A stretch of 64,000 nucleotides of DNA from Centroscyllium fabricii. Lineage: Eukaryota. The notes beneath the pieces are model-generated. The model did no database searches, had not been told where the DNA came from, and saw nothing but the letters and a program-made list of their open reading frames with translations. The DNA lies in the NCBI GenBank assembly GCA_051313645.2, contig JBNRSN020000012.1, positions 142,786,001 to 142,850,000 on the forward strand. Direction: 5' to 3'. The position numbers were made by a program, and so were the translations under genes. Below, one piece after another: positions 61,240-64,000 of this stretch; position 1 is the first letter of the stretch, and each line of letters opens with the position of its first letter.

Positions 61240-64000
61240 CATAGAGTCAGAGAGTCATAGAGTTTTACAGCACAGAAAGAGGCCCTTCGGCCCATCGTGT
61301 CTATGCCGACCATCAAGCCCTGTCCACTCTAATCCCATTTTCCTGCATTTGGTCCGAAGCCTTGTATGCTATGGCATTTCAAGTGCTCATCCAAATGCTT
61401 CTCGAATATTGTGAGGATTCCTGCCTCCACCACCCTTTCAGGCAGTCTTCTTCTTTCGTTTGCTTCAGTATCCCGTTGTCAGATCACCAGCTCGGTTGAG
61501 GAAAGCCATGCTAGCATTTCGTCGTCTAGAGCAGCTATGCCGGCTTCGCCGTTGGGTGGTCGATGTTTTAGACATGACTCGATGATGTGATCGACTGTCT
61601 GTTCAGGGTGACCACAGTCGCAGACAGCCGAGTCCCTGAGTCCCCATCCTTTCATGGTCGCGGCGAAACGGCCGACACCAGTCCTGAGGCGGTTGAGCAT
61701 TGTCCACTGCCGGCGAGGGAGGTCCATGCCCAGTAGTTCATCCGGCTCCTCCACAAATCTGTGCAGCCTTGATTGATCTGCTGCCTGCCATTCCTTCGTC
61801 CAGCGGCGTTTGAGCCAGGTTCGTTTTGTGACATCACCGGGTGTTGAATGCAGGAGCTGGTGGGCGTGCTCCGCGAATGGGCGTCGTGACTTCAGGCGAG
61901 CTCGTGGAGGGATCTCTGTGACGAACTTGTGGAGAAGGTGGTCCTCATCGTTGGTGGCTTTTCGGGACAGTGCAAGGACAGCTGCTTCACGGCGCAGGGT
62001 TGGTGGTGCGATGCCGGCGAGTATCGGTAGTTGGTTGACCGGCGTGGCGCGCAGGCAGCCAGAGACTGTGCGTAAGGCGGTGTTGAGCGTTGTGTCCAGC
62101 TTCTTGGTGTGGGAGCTCCTGCACCAGACTGGGGAGCAGTACTCGGCGGCGGAGAAGGCCAATGCCTGGGTGGAGATGCGCAGTGTCTTGGTCGAGGCAC
62201 CCCAGGTGGTACCAGCTAGGCGGCGTATTAGGGCGACGCGGGCCGATGTCTTGGCGGACAAGTTTTCCAGGTGTTGGCGAAACGTCAGCGTGCGGTCAAG
62301 CTTGACCCCAAGGTACGTCGGGGCAGCCTGGAACTGGAGTCTGTTGTTGTCAACCATGATGTTGAGCTCGTGGCTTGCCTCTCGGTTGTTTAGATGGTAT
62401 GCGGAAGACATGGTCTTGGCCACGGAGAGCTTAAGGCGCCAGTTTGTCAGGTAGCTTGACAGGATGTTCATATCAGCCGTAAGCCCCAGTTCGATCGTCT
62501 CCCAGCTCTTGTTGGACAGAAGAATGGCGAGGTCGTCAGCATATCCATATTTCTTGGACAGCATGTCTGGGAGGTCGTGGATGTAGATGTTAAACAACAT
62601 CGGGGCGAGTACGGAGCCTTGTGGGACGCCATTTTTGAGTCGTCGGAGCCTGCTATGTTGGCCGTTGCTGGTGTGAAGGGTGAAGCTGCGGTTGGTTAGC
62701 ATCTCCATGATGAAGCCCACCATTTCAGGCAGTGAGTTCCAGATTCCAAACACCCTCTGGGTGAAAAAGTTCTTCCTCAAATCACCTTTAAACCTCCCGC
62801 CCCTTACCTTGAAGCTATGTCCCCTTGTTATTGACCACCCTACCAAGGGAAAAAGTTCCTTTCTATTTACCCTATCTTTGCCCCTCATAATTGTGTACAC
62901 CTCAATCAGGTCCCCGCTCAGCCTTCTCTGCTCCAAGGAAAACAACCCCAGCCTGTCCAATCTCTCTTCATAGCTGAAGCACTCCAGCCCAGGTAACATC
63001 CTGGTGAATCTCCTCTGCGCCCTCTCCAAGGCAATCACATCTTTCCTATAGTGTGGCGACCAGAACTGCACACAGTACTCCAGCTGTGGCCTAACTAGTA
63101 TTTTGTACAGTACCATCATAACCTCCCTGCTCTTATATTCTATGCCTCGGCTAATGAAGGCAACTATCCCATATGCATTTTAATCACCTTATCTACCTGT
63201 CCTGCTGTCTTCAAGGATCTATGTACATGCACACCAAGGTCCCTCTGATCCTCTGTCTTTCCTAGGGTCTTACCATTCATTGTGTATTCCCTTGCCTTGT
63301 TAGTCCTTCCAAAATGCATCACCTCACACTTTTCAGGGTTAAATTCCATTTGCCACTGCTCTGCCCATCTGACCAACCCATCTATATCGTCCTGCAGACT
63401 GAGGCTTCCCTCCTCGCTATCCACCACCCCACCAATTTTCGTGTCATCAGCGAACTTACTGATCATACCCTTTACATTCATATCCAAATCATTAATATAG
63501 ACTACAAACAGCAAGGGACCCAGCACCGATCCCTGCGGTACCCTGCTGGACACAGGCTTCCAGTCACAAAAACAACCTTCAACCATCACCCTCTGCCTTC
63601 TGCCACTAAGCCAGTTTTGAATCCACTGTGCCAAGGTGCACTGGATCCCATGGGCTCTTACCTTCTTGACCAGTCTCCTATGCGGGACTTTATCAAAAGC
63701 CTTACTGAAATCCAAGTATACCACATCCACTGCACTACCCTCGTCCACACGCCTAGTCACCCCCTTGAAAAATTCAATCAAGTTGGTCAGATATGATCTT
63801 CCCTTGACAAAGCCATGCTGACTATCATTGATTAATCCTTGCCCCTCCAAGTGAATACTAATTCTATCCCTCAGATTTTTTTCCAATAATTTCCCTACCA
63901 CTGATGTTAGGCTCACTGGCCTGTAATTCCCTGGTTTATCCCTACTGCCCTTCTTGAACAATGGTACCACATTAGCTGTTCTCCAGTCCTCTGGCACATC
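61240..64000 (-). mobile_element. CR1 LINE ORF2 and 3' UTR, runs off the window, interrupted by Vingi
   Basis: ORF 63164-63997 RT (PQGSVLGP, FADD); frameshift near 63160; tail near 61240. Confidence 0.92.
61447..62716 (-). mobile_element. Vingi (Ingi-group) non-LTR retrotransposon, 5'-truncated, open ORF
   Basis: NGVPQGSVLAP, YADD, LAGTTWGA, LNRLRTGVGR, C-terminal CDCG..H..C, no RNase H, very short 3' UTR with (GAA)n tail; 17-bp TSD CCACC(C/A)TTTCAGGCAGT. Confidence 0.85.

Noticed and set aside
61479-63119. 546-aa ORF fusing the CR1 ORF2 C-terminus to Vingi RT
   Set aside because: The TSD shows a simple insertion; in-frame joining is a 1-in-3 chance, both parts are truncated, and no promoter is evident

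Overview
This is a eukaryotic, vertebrate, almost wholly transposon-derived 64 kb window. Its repeat content (HE1-like V-SINEs, a Deu-domain SINE, CR1, Rex1/Babar, Penelope-type repeats) points to a cartilaginous fish, which is an inference. No host gene is recognised. It holds two decayed PIF/Harbinger transposons (transposase plus convergent Myb/SANT gene) and many related MITEs, a CsRn1-type Gypsy element, a scrambled inverted dimer of a second Gypsy family, and a young, nearly intact member of that family (identical LTRs, 5-bp TSD). It also holds two solo LTRs, CR1, L2, Rex1 and Vingi LINE fragments, Penelope pseudo-LTRs with minimal hammerhead ribozymes, and a 5S-rRNA-derived SINE. The most notable signals are: (1) the young Gypsy has no tRNA primer-binding site but a 13-nt segment complementary to its own LTR poly(A) signal, plus a YLDN reverse-transcriptase motif; (2) palindromic non-coding Penelope inserts, one carrying a hammerhead on each strand; (3) a 5S-headed SINE with a Rex1/Babar-like tail. 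All alignments were done by eye, so coordinates of old repeats are approximate.
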